A stretch of 64,000 nucleotides of DNA from Acholeplasmataceae bacterium (GTDB taxonomy: Bacteria > Bacillota_I > Bacilli_A > Acholeplasmatales > Acholeplasmataceae), in contig OY775910.1 of assembly GCA_963675245.1 (NCBI GenBank), positions 1,056,001-1,120,000 on the forward strand. Direction: 5' to 3'. The notes beneath the pieces are model-generated. The model made no database searches, was not told the DNA's origin, and saw nothing but the letters and a program-made list of their open reading frames with translations. Position numbers and translations under genes: made by a program. Positions 44,578 to 55,050 of this stretch are shown piece by piece; within the stretch, counting starts at the first letter, position 1; each line of letters begins with the position of its first letter.

Positions 44578-45561
44578 ATGAAAGTTTTAGTGACAGGTGC
44601 GAATGGCTTTTTAGGCAGTCATATTATTAAAGTATTGAACAACAAAGGTTATGACGTTAAAGCATTCATTTTAACAGGGACAAGTGAACTAAGTTTAAAA
44701 GGACTTAAATGTGATGTGTTTGAAGGGAATCTTTTGAATTCCTTAGATATTGAACATGCATTAGATGGTTGTGATGCTGTGATCCATACAGCTGCTATTA
44801 CAGATGTATGGCCAAGTAGAAGTAAACTTTCATGGACACTAAATTTTGAACTTGTTAAAATTTTGGTGGATGCAGTAAAGAAAAAAGGCATTAAAAAATA
44901 TGTCCATGTAGGTACTGCTAATTCATTTGGTTTTGGTACGATTGAAAACCCTGGTACTGAAGAAAGTCCTTTTAATGGTGATATGTATGGCCTTGACTAT
45001 ATGGATTCAAAGAAAGCCGCTCAAGACCTTTTATTAGAAGAAGCGAAAAATGGCTTACCAGTAACGATTATTAATCCAACGTTTATGATTGGTGATAATG
45101 ATACGAAACCAGGATCTGGAGAAATGATTTTAAAAGTTATTGAAGAGAAAGTTCCGGGTTATGCGAAGGGTGGTAGATGCTTCGCCGCTGTTAAGGATGT
45201 TGCGGTTGCTGCAGTTAACGCGATTGAAAAGGGTAAGATTGGTGAATGCTATATTACTGGTGGCACCAATATGTGCTATAAAGATTTCTTTGAATTAGTC
45301 GCGCATATCGCCCATGTTAAACCGCCTAAGAAAATGATACCAACATGGCTTGCTGTGATGTTTGGTGGATTATTAGAATTTATTGCAAAGCTTAGAAGAA
45401 AGAAACCCATGTTAACAAGAACAATGGCTAAGATATCAGGAGATGGACATTATTATTCATCCAAGAAAGCGATAAAAGCACTTAATATGCCACAAACCAA
45501 ATTAGAAGACGCTGTCACAGAAGCGATTACGTGGTTTATGGTCAATGGGTATATCAAATAG
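44578..45561 (+). CDS. NAD-dependent epimerase/dehydratase (extended SDR, DFR/HpnA-like)
   Basis: VTGANGFLGS, HTAA, YMDSK. Confidence 0.9.
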   Translation: MKVLVTGANGFLGSHIIKVLNNKGYDVKAFILTGTSELSLKGLKCDVFEGNLLNSLDIEHALDGCDAVIHTAAITDVWPSRSKLSWTLNFELVKILVDAVKKKGIKKYVHVGTANSFGFGTIENPGTEESPFNGDMYGLDYMDSKKAAQDLLLEEAKNGLPVTIINPTFMIGDNDTKPGSGEMILKVIEEKVPGYAKGGRCFAAVKDVAVAAVNAIEKGKIGECYITGGTNMCYKDFFELVAHIAHVKPPKKMIPTWLAVMFGGLLEFIAKLRRKKPMLTRTMAKISGDGHYYSSKKAIKALNMPQTKLEDAVTEAITWFMVNGYIK

Positions 45562-45569
45562 GAGGGACT

Positions 45570-46373
45570 ATGAAAAACCTTAAAGATAAAGTAGTGGTTA
45601 TTACAGGTGGATCAAAAGGGATTGGTCGTGAAACGGCGAAGTTATATGCTCAAGAAGGCGCGAAGGTCATCATTACAGGTAGACGTTTAGAGCCACTTCA
45701 AACCACCTCAAGATTAATCAATCAAACAGGAACATGTGATTATGTCCAAGGGGATGTGACAAGTATTGATGATTGTATGCATGTCGTTAATACAGTGGTT
45801 GATAAATATGGTCAAATTGATGTGTTAATTAATAATGCCGGCATGAGTATGCGTGGTTTATTTGAAAACACTACACTTGAACTATTTCATAAGATTATGG
45901 CTATTAATTTTAACGGGGCTGTCAATATGACAAAACTTGCCTTACCTCATTTAATAAAGAGTAAGGGTAATATCGTCTTTATTTCCAGTTTATCAGGTTT
46001 AAAAGGGATTCCTGGCATTGCCCCTTATGGCACAGCAAAAATGGCTTTAACGGGCTTTAGTGAGTCTTTGAGCGCTGAATTACATCATCATGGTGTTCGT
46101 GTTGGGATTGTATATGTTGGATTTACTGAAAATGACCCAGATAAGACGATATATTCAGCAACAGGTGAAAGCATGCCTATTCATAGACCGGTTAATAACG
46201 ATACCCAATTAGGGGTTGCCAAAAGCATATTAAAAGCAGTTAAAAAAAATAAAGCTGTGATGTATTTAACGGCTGCAGGTAAATTTGCACAATGCTTTTA
46301 TCGATTTTTTCCAAGGTTATCTGGTTATATATTAAGAAAATTCGCGATGAAAAGTGAGATGATGAAATCATGA
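45570..46373 (+). CDS. Classical SDR oxidoreductase
   Basis: TGGSKGIG, NNAG, YGTAK; ATG at 45570 after GGAGGG. Confidence 0.92.
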   Translation: MKNLKDKVVVITGGSKGIGRETAKLYAQEGAKVIITGRRLEPLQTTSRLINQTGTCDYVQGDVTSIDDCMHVVNTVVDKYGQIDVLINNAGMSMRGLFENTTLELFHKIMAINFNGAVNMTKLALPHLIKSKGNIVFISSLSGLKGIPGIAPYGTAKMALTGFSESLSAELHHHGVRVGIVYVGFTENDPDKTIYSATGESMPIHRPVNNDTQLGVAKSILKAVKKNKAVMYLTAAGKFAQCFYRFFPRLSGYILRKFAMKSEMMKS

Positions 46374-47095
46374 TATTATCACTGGATTTAGCACCGCTAT
46401 TAAATGATGAAATGATCGCGTTAATCGCGTATGTCTTTTTATATTTAACCTATTATTTTGGTAGTGATTTTCCATTTGTTAAGAAGTTTAGATTAAGATT
46501 TAATGAAACTGATGATCATATTGAACAATCTGTTTATTTTAGAAGAACTTTAGGATTTGTATTATTAGGCTTAGTGCCATTATTAATCGCGATTTTCGCA
46601 TTTGATAGACCTATCTTAGATTATGGTGTTGGTCTACCTTCAGGCGAGTTTGCTTGGTTATGGTTTTTAGCACCAGTCCTAGCCGTGATTGTCATTAGTA
46701 TCTTTAGACCAAGCAAAGGGATAGATACCACTTATTATCCAGAGGTCAGAAAAACTGATTGGACGAAAAAAAGAACATACTTAAATGCATTCTTCTGGAG
46801 TCTTTATTTATTAGGTTATGAATTCGCGATTCGTGGCTTTTTATTCTTCTCAACACTATACGCATTTGGATTGTGGCCAGCGATTATGATCAATAGTGTG
46901 ATGTATAGTTTTATCCATATATTTAAAGGTAGAGGAGAAGCGTATGGTGCATTCTTCCTTGGTGTACTCTTTTGTTTAATTACATATTATACGCATTCAA
47001 TTTGGATCGCATTTATTATTCATGTCATCTTAGCAGTGGCTAATGACATTAAGGCAGTAAAAGCGTCAGATGAGATGCACTATCAATTTAAATAA
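46370..47095 (+). CDS. CPBP/Abi-family intramembrane protease-like protein
   Basis: YEFAIRG, YSFIH, HVILAVAND motifs in TM context. Confidence 0.8.
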   Translation: MILSLDLAPLLNDEMIALIAYVFLYLTYYFGSDFPFVKKFRLRFNETDDHIEQSVYFRRTLGFVLLGLVPLLIAIFAFDRPILDYGVGLPSGEFAWLWFLAPVLAVIVISIFRPSKGIDTTYYPEVRKTDWTKKRTYLNAFFWSLYLLGYEFAIRGFLFFSTLYAFGLWPAIMINSVMYSFIHIFKGRGEAYGAFFLGVLFCLITYYTHSIWIAFIIHVILAVANDIKAVKASDEMHYQFK

Positions 47096-47233
47096 GATTG
47101 AGTTATTGACATATTTACGATAATATATAAAATAGCAATTTAAATTTACAATCATGTAACTTATATGGATATGATTGATGATTCATCTGAAGCATGATAC
47201 TTTATAACTGTAAAAGGTAACTTGGGAGGATAT

Positions 47234-48337
47234 ATGAAAAAGTTAATAATGATCATACTCATTTTAATATCTTTCTTATGCGTAGGATGCCAACAAAAAG
47301 TAGCGTATCATGTCGAGATGCTTTATTCAGGGTCTATTGGAAGTTCACCATCACTTGTAGAAGTAGTTCAGATAATTGAAACATTTGAGGATTATGAAAC
47401 ATCTGGTTATGCACTTGATTTAGAAGCTTCGTTTTTCGATGAACAAATGCTCTATACTTATCAGTTTATAGCTGGTAGCACAGGGCAAAATCTATATAAA
47501 ATGGATCACTTTGTCTTTGAACATGATCGTTTAACGATATTTTATGAAATCAATCAAGTTCTTACAATTGATGTACTTAGTGCTTACGCGATGGTTTTTT
47601 CAGTTGATAAAGCGTTGTATGAAAAAACCAATCAAGTGACGGTTAAAAATGTATATGATTTTGATGACGTGAATCTCATTTATTCAGGTGATACTAGCAG
47701 TTATGGTGTCGTTACAAGTGCAGTTGAAATGATTGATTCGTATCGATCATATCAAACATCAAATTATGAATTAGGTCTTGAAGCGTCATTCTTTGAGAAT
47801 TATATATTATATACGTATGGTTTTTTAAATATGAATATTGGTCAAGATATATTTCTATATCATGATTATGACATATTTTCTAATATGCTCATTTTAAATT
47901 GTTATGAAAATGAAGATATTATCGTATCACCAGCATTTGGTGGCTATGTATTGGTATTTGCGATATCTAAAGATATTTATGAGCAAGTAAATAATATAAA
48001 AATAGATTTATTTAATCAACATACGGTTGATACATCAGAATATGATAACTTGTTACCATTAGTCAATCGCATATTCTATTTTGATTTTGAAGAATCATAT
48101 CGATTAAACATGTTTTTTGATAGTTATGACAGAGATCAATTGGAGGGCAATATTTCTAGTCATCTATACGATTTAAATACTGAATTAGAAGTCGATGTTG
48201 ATGAGCTTGACGGTTCATTTGGATTCTTTGTTGTCTTAGATCCTGGACAATATGTCTTAATGATTGATGTGGATGATCCGTTTTATGAGACTAGATATTT
48301 TGTTGATTATATTCTTACTTTGTTGCCAAATAATTAA
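47234..48337 (+). CDS. Lipoprotein with two internal repeats
   Basis: Lipobox LCVGC; LEASFF..LYTY repeated twice. Confidence 0.7.
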   Translation: MKKLIMIILILISFLCVGCQQKVAYHVEMLYSGSIGSSPSLVEVVQIIETFEDYETSGYALDLEASFFDEQMLYTYQFIAGSTGQNLYKMDHFVFEHDRLTIFYEINQVLTIDVLSAYAMVFSVDKALYEKTNQVTVKNVYDFDDVNLIYSGDTSSYGVVTSAVEMIDSYRSYQTSNYELGLEASFFENYILYTYGFLNMNIGQDIFLYHDYDIFSNMLILNCYENEDIIVSPAFGGYVLVFAISKDIYEQVNNIKIDLFNQHTVDTSEYDNLLPLVNRIFYFDFEESYRLNMFFDSYDRDQLEGNISSHLYDLNTELEVDVDELDGSFGFFVVLDPGQYVLMIDVDDPFYETRYFVDYILTLLPNN

Positions 48338-48360
48338 TGATTAAAATGGAAGGTGATTTA

Positions 48361-49122
48361 ATGAAGACTGTTAAAAACATAAATACATATCAACATTATT
48401 TTAAAGACTACCCAGTGTTTGATCTTTTTGTCAAGCATAGTTTTACACATGGCAATCCCAAGTTATTTGTCGATCAAGAAGAAGACCCACAAACGATTGT
48501 ATTATATGAGAAGCCTGCTTACATGTTATTTGGGAAACCAACGAAGGATATCGAGGTGATCATTGAACCAAGTAGTTGGTTTATTTCACCTAATCAGTCT
48601 TGGGATGCATTATTAGAAGAATTGTATAAAGAGCATATCGATGGCTATCCACGTGTGTTACTTGATGAACAAACGATTGATGTCAACCAATTAAAAGCAT
48701 ATCAAAAAACATTGCCACCTGAATTGAAGATTGTACCTATTGAAGAAAAACATTTAAGAGAAGGTATGATTAAAGAAGATGTGCTTGATCGGTTTTTTCA
48801 AGGCAATGATTTCATGAAAACAGGATTTGGATTCGCGTTGGTGAATGAGAAAGAAGTGATTCATGGGTTCGCATTAACAAACTACCCCATACTGAGTAAA
48901 GACATAGAAGTTTATTATCGTGTGGGTTATGACAATTTTCAAACATATCGTCATCAAGGTATTGGAACCACATTGGCCGCTATGTTTGTAGAAGAAGCGA
49001 CGAAAAGAGGCTATCATCCGATTTGGGATGCCGCCACACCATTATCATTACATATTGCTAAAAAGCTAGGATATACTGAAAAGTATCATTGGAAGATGTA
49101 TCACTTAAAGAGTAATATATAG
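48361..49122 (+). CDS. GNAT-family acetyltransferase
   Basis: YRHQGIGT, PIWDAA, SLHIAKKLGY. Confidence 0.82.
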   Translation: MKTVKNINTYQHYFKDYPVFDLFVKHSFTHGNPKLFVDQEEDPQTIVLYEKPAYMLFGKPTKDIEVIIEPSSWFISPNQSWDALLEELYKEHIDGYPRVLLDEQTIDVNQLKAYQKTLPPELKIVPIEEKHLREGMIKEDVLDRFFQGNDFMKTGFGFALVNEKEVIHGFALTNYPILSKDIEVYYRVGYDNFQTYRHQGIGTTLAAMFVEEATKRGYHPIWDAATPLSLHIAKKLGYTEKYHWKMYHLKSNI

Positions 49123-49180
49123 ATTTGATTGTTTAATACAGATATATTGATATTATATTATTGAATAAAAAGTTTAGTTG

Positions 49181-49207
49181 AAAAACCGAATTGATTCGGT
49201 TTTTTTT
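49181..49207 (+). terminator. Intrinsic terminator
   Basis: AAAAACCGAAT-TG-ATTCGGTTTTTTT. Confidence 0.75.
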
Positions 49208-49223
49208 CTATTTCGAAAATAAT

Positions 49224-49274
49224 CCGTAAAAAAATTACGGTTCAGTTGACAAAAAATTACGGAAGATGTAAAAT
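49224..49274 (+). promoter_or_regulatory. Promoter with operator-like repeats
   Basis: TTGACA(49246)-17 bp-TAAAAT; CCGTAA-N5-TTACGG palindrome and a second AAAAAATTACGG inside the spacer. Confidence 0.6.
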
Positions 49275-49299
49275 ACATATGAATGAGAGGTAATCTAAT

Positions 49300-50403
49300 A
49301 TGTTAAAATATTTTAGTGTTAGAAATTACAAGGGATTTAAGGATGAAATTAAATTCGATTTTTCAGACTATAAAGACTATCAGTTTAATACTTATGCGAT
49401 TAGAAACAAATTAATTAATAAAGCAGTCATATACGGAAAGAATGGTAGTGGTAAATCAAATTTTGGTTTAGCTATTTTTGATATTACACTTCATTTAGTT
49501 GACAGACAACAACATGCAGAGCAACTCACAAATTATTTAAATGCTGATAGCATAGAATCGAATGCAGTTTTTAAGTATGAATTTATTTTTAATGAGAAGA
49601 GTGTTGTTTATGAATATACAAAAGATGAATATGCTCAATTAACCAGCGAATCTTTTTCGATTAACAATGAAAAAATATTCGCTTATAATTTTTCAAGTAA
49701 GAAAGGTGATTTTTCTGGGTTAAAGATATTAAATTTAGGAAACTCTATAGTCAACACAACACAGATGAATATTTCAGTATTAAGATTTTTAGCAAAAAAC
49801 ACTAATATAGAAGCAACTTCGGAAATCTCTTTACTAATGGATTTTGTCGATCATATGTTATGGTTCAGATCAGCAGATGGTAACCAATTTATTGGTTTTA
49901 AAAATGGAGGAGATGATCTTTTAGCAACAATTATTAAAGATGGTCAAGTTGAAAAATTTGAAAAATATCTTAATGAAGCGGATATTAATTTAAAATTAAA
50001 ACAAATAGCAGATCCTTTAGGAAAATCCTCTATTTATGCGGAATTCTCAAATCGTCCATTATTGTTTTGGCAAATTGCTTCAAATGGTACAAAAACTTTA
50101 ACGCTATATTATTATTGGTTACAAAAGTTTAAAAAAGCTTCGTTTATATTCATTGACGAATTTGATGCGTTTTTTCACACTATATTAGCAGAAACATTGT
50201 TAATTGATATGAGAGATAAGATTAAAACACAGTTGATTATAACGACACACAATACAGATTTGATGTCTAATGCCATATTGAGACCTGATTGCTATTTTAT
50301 ATTGACTTCAGGGAAGTTATTATCTCTTCCTCATTGTACAGAAAGAGAATTACGAGAAGGTCATAATCTAGAAAAGATGTTTAAAAATGGCGAATTTAAC
50401 TGA
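49300..50403 (+). CDS. AAA_21/ABC-type ATPase (AbiEii/RloA-like)
   Basis: SVRNYKGF, YGKNGSGKSN, ASNGTK, FIDEFDAFFH, ITTHN. Confidence 0.85.
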   Translation: MLKYFSVRNYKGFKDEIKFDFSDYKDYQFNTYAIRNKLINKAVIYGKNGSGKSNFGLAIFDITLHLVDRQQHAEQLTNYLNADSIESNAVFKYEFIFNEKSVVYEYTKDEYAQLTSESFSINNEKIFAYNFSSKKGDFSGLKILNLGNSIVNTTQMNISVLRFLAKNTNIEATSEISLLMDFVDHMLWFRSADGNQFIGFKNGGDDLLATIIKDGQVEKFEKYLNEADINLKLKQIADPLGKSSIYAEFSNRPLLFWQIASNGTKTLTLYYYWLQKFKKASFIFIDEFDAFFHTILAETLLIDMRDKIKTQLIITTHNTDLMSNAILRPDCYFILTSGKLLSLPHCTERELREGHNLEKMFKNGEFN

Positions 50404-51145
50404 GAAAAATATATTATTTATCGTTGAGGGAGAGAGTGCCGAACCAAAGCTAATAAGAATGATAAACAAGAATTTTGGTTTAGGAGATGAACATAATATA
50501 TATCCATATAAAACTACTATTCACACGTTATATGATGATCTAGTTCTAGATGAGTACTTGCAAGTCAATCTTCTATTAAGTGAAAAAACGACCCATAAAG
50601 GTGATAAAAAAATGCTATCAATGCATTTTATGGCAATATACCTTGTATTCGATTTTGATCCACACCATCCCAAATACAATTTGGAACATTTATTAGAAAT
50701 GGTTTCTTTTTTCAACGATCCACTTGATAAAGGGTTATTATTAATTAATTATCCAATGATTGAAGCGCATAGACATCATAAAATTATGCCTGATTTATCT
50801 TTCCTTGATAGAACTATTACTAAAGATGAGGTTTTAAGATATAAAGAACTTGTTGGTTGCGAATCAGATTATACAGCAATAAATAGATATCATAGGCGAA
50901 TTATAATTGAACAATTAGTGCATCATTTAGTTAAACTTAATTATTTAGTAACAAATGAAAAATCCATACCTGAAATTAAGGAAATGTATAAATTGATTTC
51001 AAATTTAGACTTCATCATAAAACAAGATGAAAACTATTATAATAATAGATTATACGTTTTGAGTACTGTATTTTTTTATTTGATAGATTTGAAACCGAAA
51101 ACCTTTTATGATGAAGTAAAGTCATATGAAACTATATTAATATGA
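50387..51145 (+). CDS. TOPRIM-like (RloB-like) protein
   Basis: ILFIVEGESAEP and YLVFDFD acidic motifs, INYPMIE; overlaps the ATPase stop. Confidence 0.6.
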   Translation: MANLTEKNILFIVEGESAEPKLIRMINKNFGLGDEHNIYPYKTTIHTLYDDLVLDEYLQVNLLLSEKTTHKGDKKMLSMHFMAIYLVFDFDPHHPKYNLEHLLEMVSFFNDPLDKGLLLINYPMIEAHRHHKIMPDLSFLDRTITKDEVLRYKELVGCESDYTAINRYHRRIIIEQLVHHLVKLNYLVTNEKSIPEIKEMYKLISNLDFIIKQDENYYNNRLYVLSTVFFYLIDLKPKTFYDEVKSYETILI

Positions 51146-51158
51146 TTAGGAGAAGAAT

Positions 51159-51593
51159 ATGAAAAATAGAGCATTTCAAAAAACCACACAATATGATTTA
51201 TGCTATGGCAAGCGTAGTTATATTATCCCCGAAGAAGTAAAAAAAATAATTGATGAATTTGAAGAAGGTGTACAAATTTTATACCAACAATGGTGGCCTA
51301 AAAGAAAGTATAATTATATTAAAAATAAATTATTTGTATTAAATACAGAATTAGATAATCATGATACAGATCTTCAAAATGTTGAAGACAGAGAAAAATA
51401 TGACAGCTTAAGTGATTTTGAACAAACCATTTTTCTAATTAATGATATATTTGACAAATATAGACCTGCCAATTATGTTCAAATATATTTTCCAGATGAA
51501 AACCAAAAAATTAAGCATACACTTGAAGTGATTAAAACGCTTGTTAATATGAAGTGGTTAGATAGCCTTTTTTGCACATTCGATACTTTATGA
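51159..51593 (+). CDS. Hypothetical protein
   Basis: 144-aa ORF with AGGAG RBS. Confidence 0.65.
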   Translation: MKNRAFQKTTQYDLCYGKRSYIIPEEVKKIIDEFEEGVQILYQQWWPKRKYNYIKNKLFVLNTELDNHDTDLQNVEDREKYDSLSDFEQTIFLINDIFDKYRPANYVQIYFPDENQKIKHTLEVIKTLVNMKWLDSLFCTFDTL

Positions 51594-52081
51594 GTGAACT
51601 AATTAATAAAATAAAGACATTTATTATAAATAAGAAAGAAACAATAATAATAGCCATTTTAATAATAGTATTATTTTTTTCTGTTACGATTATTTATAAT
51701 TTATTAACGAGTTATGACATCTATTCAACATTATATTTTAATGATAGACTAGATGAGAATGATTTAATTATATTTAGAGTTCTAGTTATTTTTTATAGGA
51801 TCATAATATATCTTTTATTGCCTATTATTGCCTATTATTTAAATAAAGTCATTTGCAGAACTTTTCAAACTATGAAGAGTTCTCCGATTTCAAATTTTTA
51901 CTCAATAGAGTATATAATAATACCAATAACAAGAATTTTATACATATTTTTTGCATTTGATATTGTAAGACAACATATGATTTTTGCATCAGTAGATGTA
52001 TATGCACCGCTAGCAGCTTTTATTGTTATTAAAATTTTTAAACAAAAATTTAAAGATCAAAAAAACATTCCTAAATTATAG
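51590..52081 (+). CDS. Hypothetical membrane protein
   Basis: About 4 hydrophobic segments; ATGA overlap with the upstream ORF. Confidence 0.6.
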   Translation: MSELINKIKTFIINKKETIIIAILIIVLFFSVTIIYNLLTSYDIYSTLYFNDRLDENDLIIFRVLVIFYRIIIYLLLPIIAYYLNKVICRTFQTMKSSPISNFYSIEYIIIPITRILYIFFAFDIVRQHMIFASVDVYAPLAAFIVIKIFKQKFKDQKNIPKL

Positions 52082-52087
52082 GAATGT

Positions 52088-53518
52088 TTAAAACCTATTT
52101 AATAATCTAATATAAAACTTTACACTGTTGATGACATTTTCATTTGACATACGTTCATCATCAGCGTGCATCCTTGATAAATCATCACTTGAGACATCCA
52201 TTGGAGAGAACTTATAGACCCGATCACTAATCTCATGATAATATCTTGAGTCGGTTGTCGCGACCATCAAATAAGGCGCGACAATCGTGTTTTGAAAGGT
52301 CTCATTAATCGCCTTTTCAACAGCATCATACCCTTCATCCATAAAGGAGACAGGAGAAGGTTCTGAAACTAAAATAGGCGTTACTGTAATATCATCATTG
52401 TTGATGATTTTTTTAATGCGGTTAATGATCACTTCAGATGGTTCATCTGGTCTTAAGCGAATATTAATACCAATCTTCGCTTCATTCGGTAAAACGTTAT
52501 ACGCTTTACTACCTTCAGAAATGGTAAATGCGAGGGTTGTTTTAAACATCGCTTTTAATTGACCACCTGAGAGTTTAGCAATCACATTGACAAGTGGTTT
52601 AAATAACCACATATTCGCGAAAATCATTCGGATAATGAAATTTTTAGAATGTGGTGTGATGTGATCAAACATAGCTCTAACAGGATAAGTCATTTTCATT
52701 TTAAACAGTTTTGATCGATTGAGCTTATTCACTGCATCTGCAAGTACGGTTACAGCCGTTTCTTTAGGTGGTGTGGACGCATGTCCACCTTTCGATCCCG
52801 CTTTAAGTTCTAAGTTTAAGAATCCTTTTTCAGCAATACCAACAGCCGCGACTTTTTCTTTCACACCAGGAAACATATTTGAGACAATCGCGCCACCTTC
52901 ATCTAAGACAAGATAAGGTCTGATGTGTTTTTCTTTAAAGTAGGAGGTGATGGCGATTTGTGATTTACCACCAATTTCTTCATCGCCTCCAAAAGATAAG
53001 TAAATATCTTGTTTGAATATTTTACCTTGAGTGAGCAAATATTCAACTGATTCCATAGCTGCGTTAATCGTTAATTTAGTATCGAGTGTGCCGCGACCAT
53101 ATACGTATGTCTCATCCATTTCAGCACCAAAGGGATCTTTAGTCCAATTGTTGGATACAGGTACGACATCAAAGTGAGACATTAAAACGATTGGGTTATC
53201 TGATGACTCTCCTTTAATCCTAAATAATACACCTGTACCAATTTCTTGATACTCAGCGACTTTATTAATTTCGGGATAATCATTTCTTAAGTGGGCTTTG
53301 AAATCTTTGAAAGCTTGTTGATTGATTTTTGACGAATCATCATATGAAATCGTTGGATATTTGATTTTTTTCACAAAACGTGCCAACACTTTTTTCTCAT
53401 CAATCTTAATATCTTGAATCGCTTCATTTTTAAAGTCGAGTTTAAACATCAAAGTTCTTATGACCAATACAATGATTAAAACAACCAATACCCCAAGAAC
53501 ACCATATAGATAATACAT
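52088..53518 (-). CDS. M20-family peptidase (carboxypeptidase S-like) with N-terminal anchor
   Basis: SHFDVVP, GRGTLDTK, GDEE, GGHAS, TDSR, HADDE. Confidence 0.9.
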   Translation of the reverse strand: MYYLYGVLGVLVVLIIVLVIRTLMFKLDFKNEAIQDIKIDEKKVLARFVKKIKYPTISYDDSSKINQQAFKDFKAHLRNDYPEINKVAEYQEIGTGVLFRIKGESSDNPIVLMSHFDVVPVSNNWTKDPFGAEMDETYVYGRGTLDTKLTINAAMESVEYLLTQGKIFKQDIYLSFGGDEEIGGKSQIAITSYFKEKHIRPYLVLDEGGAIVSNMFPGVKEKVAAVGIAEKGFLNLELKAGSKGGHASTPPKETAVTVLADAVNKLNRSKLFKMKMTYPVRAMFDHITPHSKNFIIRMIFANMWLFKPLVNVIAKLSGGQLKAMFKTTLAFTISEGSKAYNVLPNEAKIGINIRLRPDEPSEVIINRIKKIINNDDITVTPILVSEPSPVSFMDEGYDAVEKAINETFQNTIVAPYLMVATTDSRYYHEISDRVYKFSPMDVSSDDLSRMHADDERMSNENVINSVKFYIRLLNRF

Positions 53519-54171
53519 TACATCCACCCCTTCTTATGGAAGAAGTAAGCTGTTGTAACAGTTATCGCGACACCTACAGGTACCATAATACCAACAAGAC
53601 TACCAGAATCGGGTATAAACGCGAAGAAGACTAGCATAAAGATAAGTGGTATAATCGCGATCTTCCAACGCTTAGAAATAAAGACAACCCCTAACGCACC
53701 AAAGAGTGCGGGTAAGATATTATCAAATGCAGGTTGCAATACAGGTGCCTCTAATACAGGTGTTAAAGGAATGAGTAAGAAGATACCAACTAATATAATT
53801 AAGGTTGTTGTGATTGAAGAGGATGCGACAGCAATCATGGAAATAACTTCAGCTTCTTCAGATCCCTTTTCAATACCTAAAGCTTCTTGTGCATTAATCG
53901 CTGCTGGTACTTTCATACCGGTTAAGTTACCGGTGACAAATGCTAAATATGACGCACTACCGAGCATTGGTGAGAATGTGAAGACTTCAATCGTCGTGAC
54001 TGGCCAGAAGATTAATGCAGTTGCGAGAAAGCCAGTGATAAAATAATTGAATGGTGGCCATACACCTGTAACAATACTAATGGTTAAAGGAAGAGATAAG
54101 AATAAGAAAAGCGCACCTAACATCCAAAGACGACCTTCAATGTGAATTTGATCTTGATATGTTCTATTCAT
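53518..54171 (-). CDS. Membrane protein, partner of the DUF5058-like protein
   Basis: YLAFVTGNLTGMKVPAA, ILPALFG; hydrophobic. Confidence 0.7.
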   Translation of the reverse strand: MNRTYQDQIHIEGRLWMLGALFLFLSLPLTISIVTGVWPPFNYFITGFLATALIFWPVTTIEVFTFSPMLGSASYLAFVTGNLTGMKVPAAINAQEALGIEKGSEEAEVISMIAVASSSITTTLIILVGIFLLIPLTPVLEAPVLQPAFDNILPALFGALGVVFISKRWKIAIIPLIFMLVFFAFIPDSGSLVGIMVPVGVAITVTTAYFFHKKGWM

Positions 54172-54903
54172 TTATCTCACCCCCCAGGTTGCGAAAACAA
54201 TCGCTAAAGCCATGGATAAGACCATGGATAATGGTAAGGCATAACTCTTCAGCCAGCCTAATTTTTCTTTATTTGATAATAAACCTAAAACTGTCACTAA
54301 TAGAGCAGAAGTAATTAAAACAAGTATCGCTAAGATAGATATATATGAAGCACCACCATCTTCAGGTGTGATTGGTGCAATCACATATCCAACAAATGCC
54401 GAAATCATCCCGAGGAATAACGCATCCATTAAGATATCTTTCCACGCTGAATTCCTTTTTTTGATTTGATCAAATCGCGTGCTAATCTTTTTATAGAAAA
54501 AAGGCACTAACAGAAGAGGTGGAATACAACCTAAAGTCATGACCCATATAGCAGTAACACCCATTTCTAATGTGATGACACCATTAATATCAGCACCAAA
54601 TGCACCTTCAATCACATTGATTGCTGCAGGTAGTTCATATGTGACAGCACCTAATGTACCCAAACGCATACCAGCTATCCAAGGACCAAAGACCTGTGAT
54701 AAAACAACAAGACTAATGAGTATCGCGATAGAAGGAGCAATACTTAACACAGCAGATGACGTTATCGTTTTATTAATATTAGCATTCGAGAAACCTAGTA
54801 CTTTAGCCTGCTTCATCGCTTTTAATAAAGCCACTAAAGATTGTAATAAAACATATAAAAAAATGATTCCTACTAAAGCATAAATCCACCAATAGTCAAA
54901 CAT
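54172..54903 (-). CDS. DUF5058-like membrane protein
   Basis: PSIAILI, MRLGTLGAVTYEL, ALPLSMVLSM. Confidence 0.7.
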   Translation of the reverse strand: MFDYWWIYALVGIIFLYVLLQSLVALLKAMKQAKVLGFSNANINKTITSSAVLSIAPSIAILISLVVLSQVFGPWIAGMRLGTLGAVTYELPAAINVIEGAFGADINGVITLEMGVTAIWVMTLGCIPPLLLVPFFYKKISTRFDQIKKRNSAWKDILMDALFLGMISAFVGYVIAPITPEDGGASYISILAILVLITSALLVTVLGLLSNKEKLGWLKSYALPLSMVLSMALAIVFATWGVR

Positions 54904-55050
54904 ATCATCACTCCTTGACTCGTTTTCTTATTATTATACATGAAAGCACACATAATGTGATGATAATCAAGGTTTCATCAATTGTATTAGATGATTAATA
55001 TATATTAAACACCACCATATTTAGATACTTTACAAATAAGAAAACTTACA

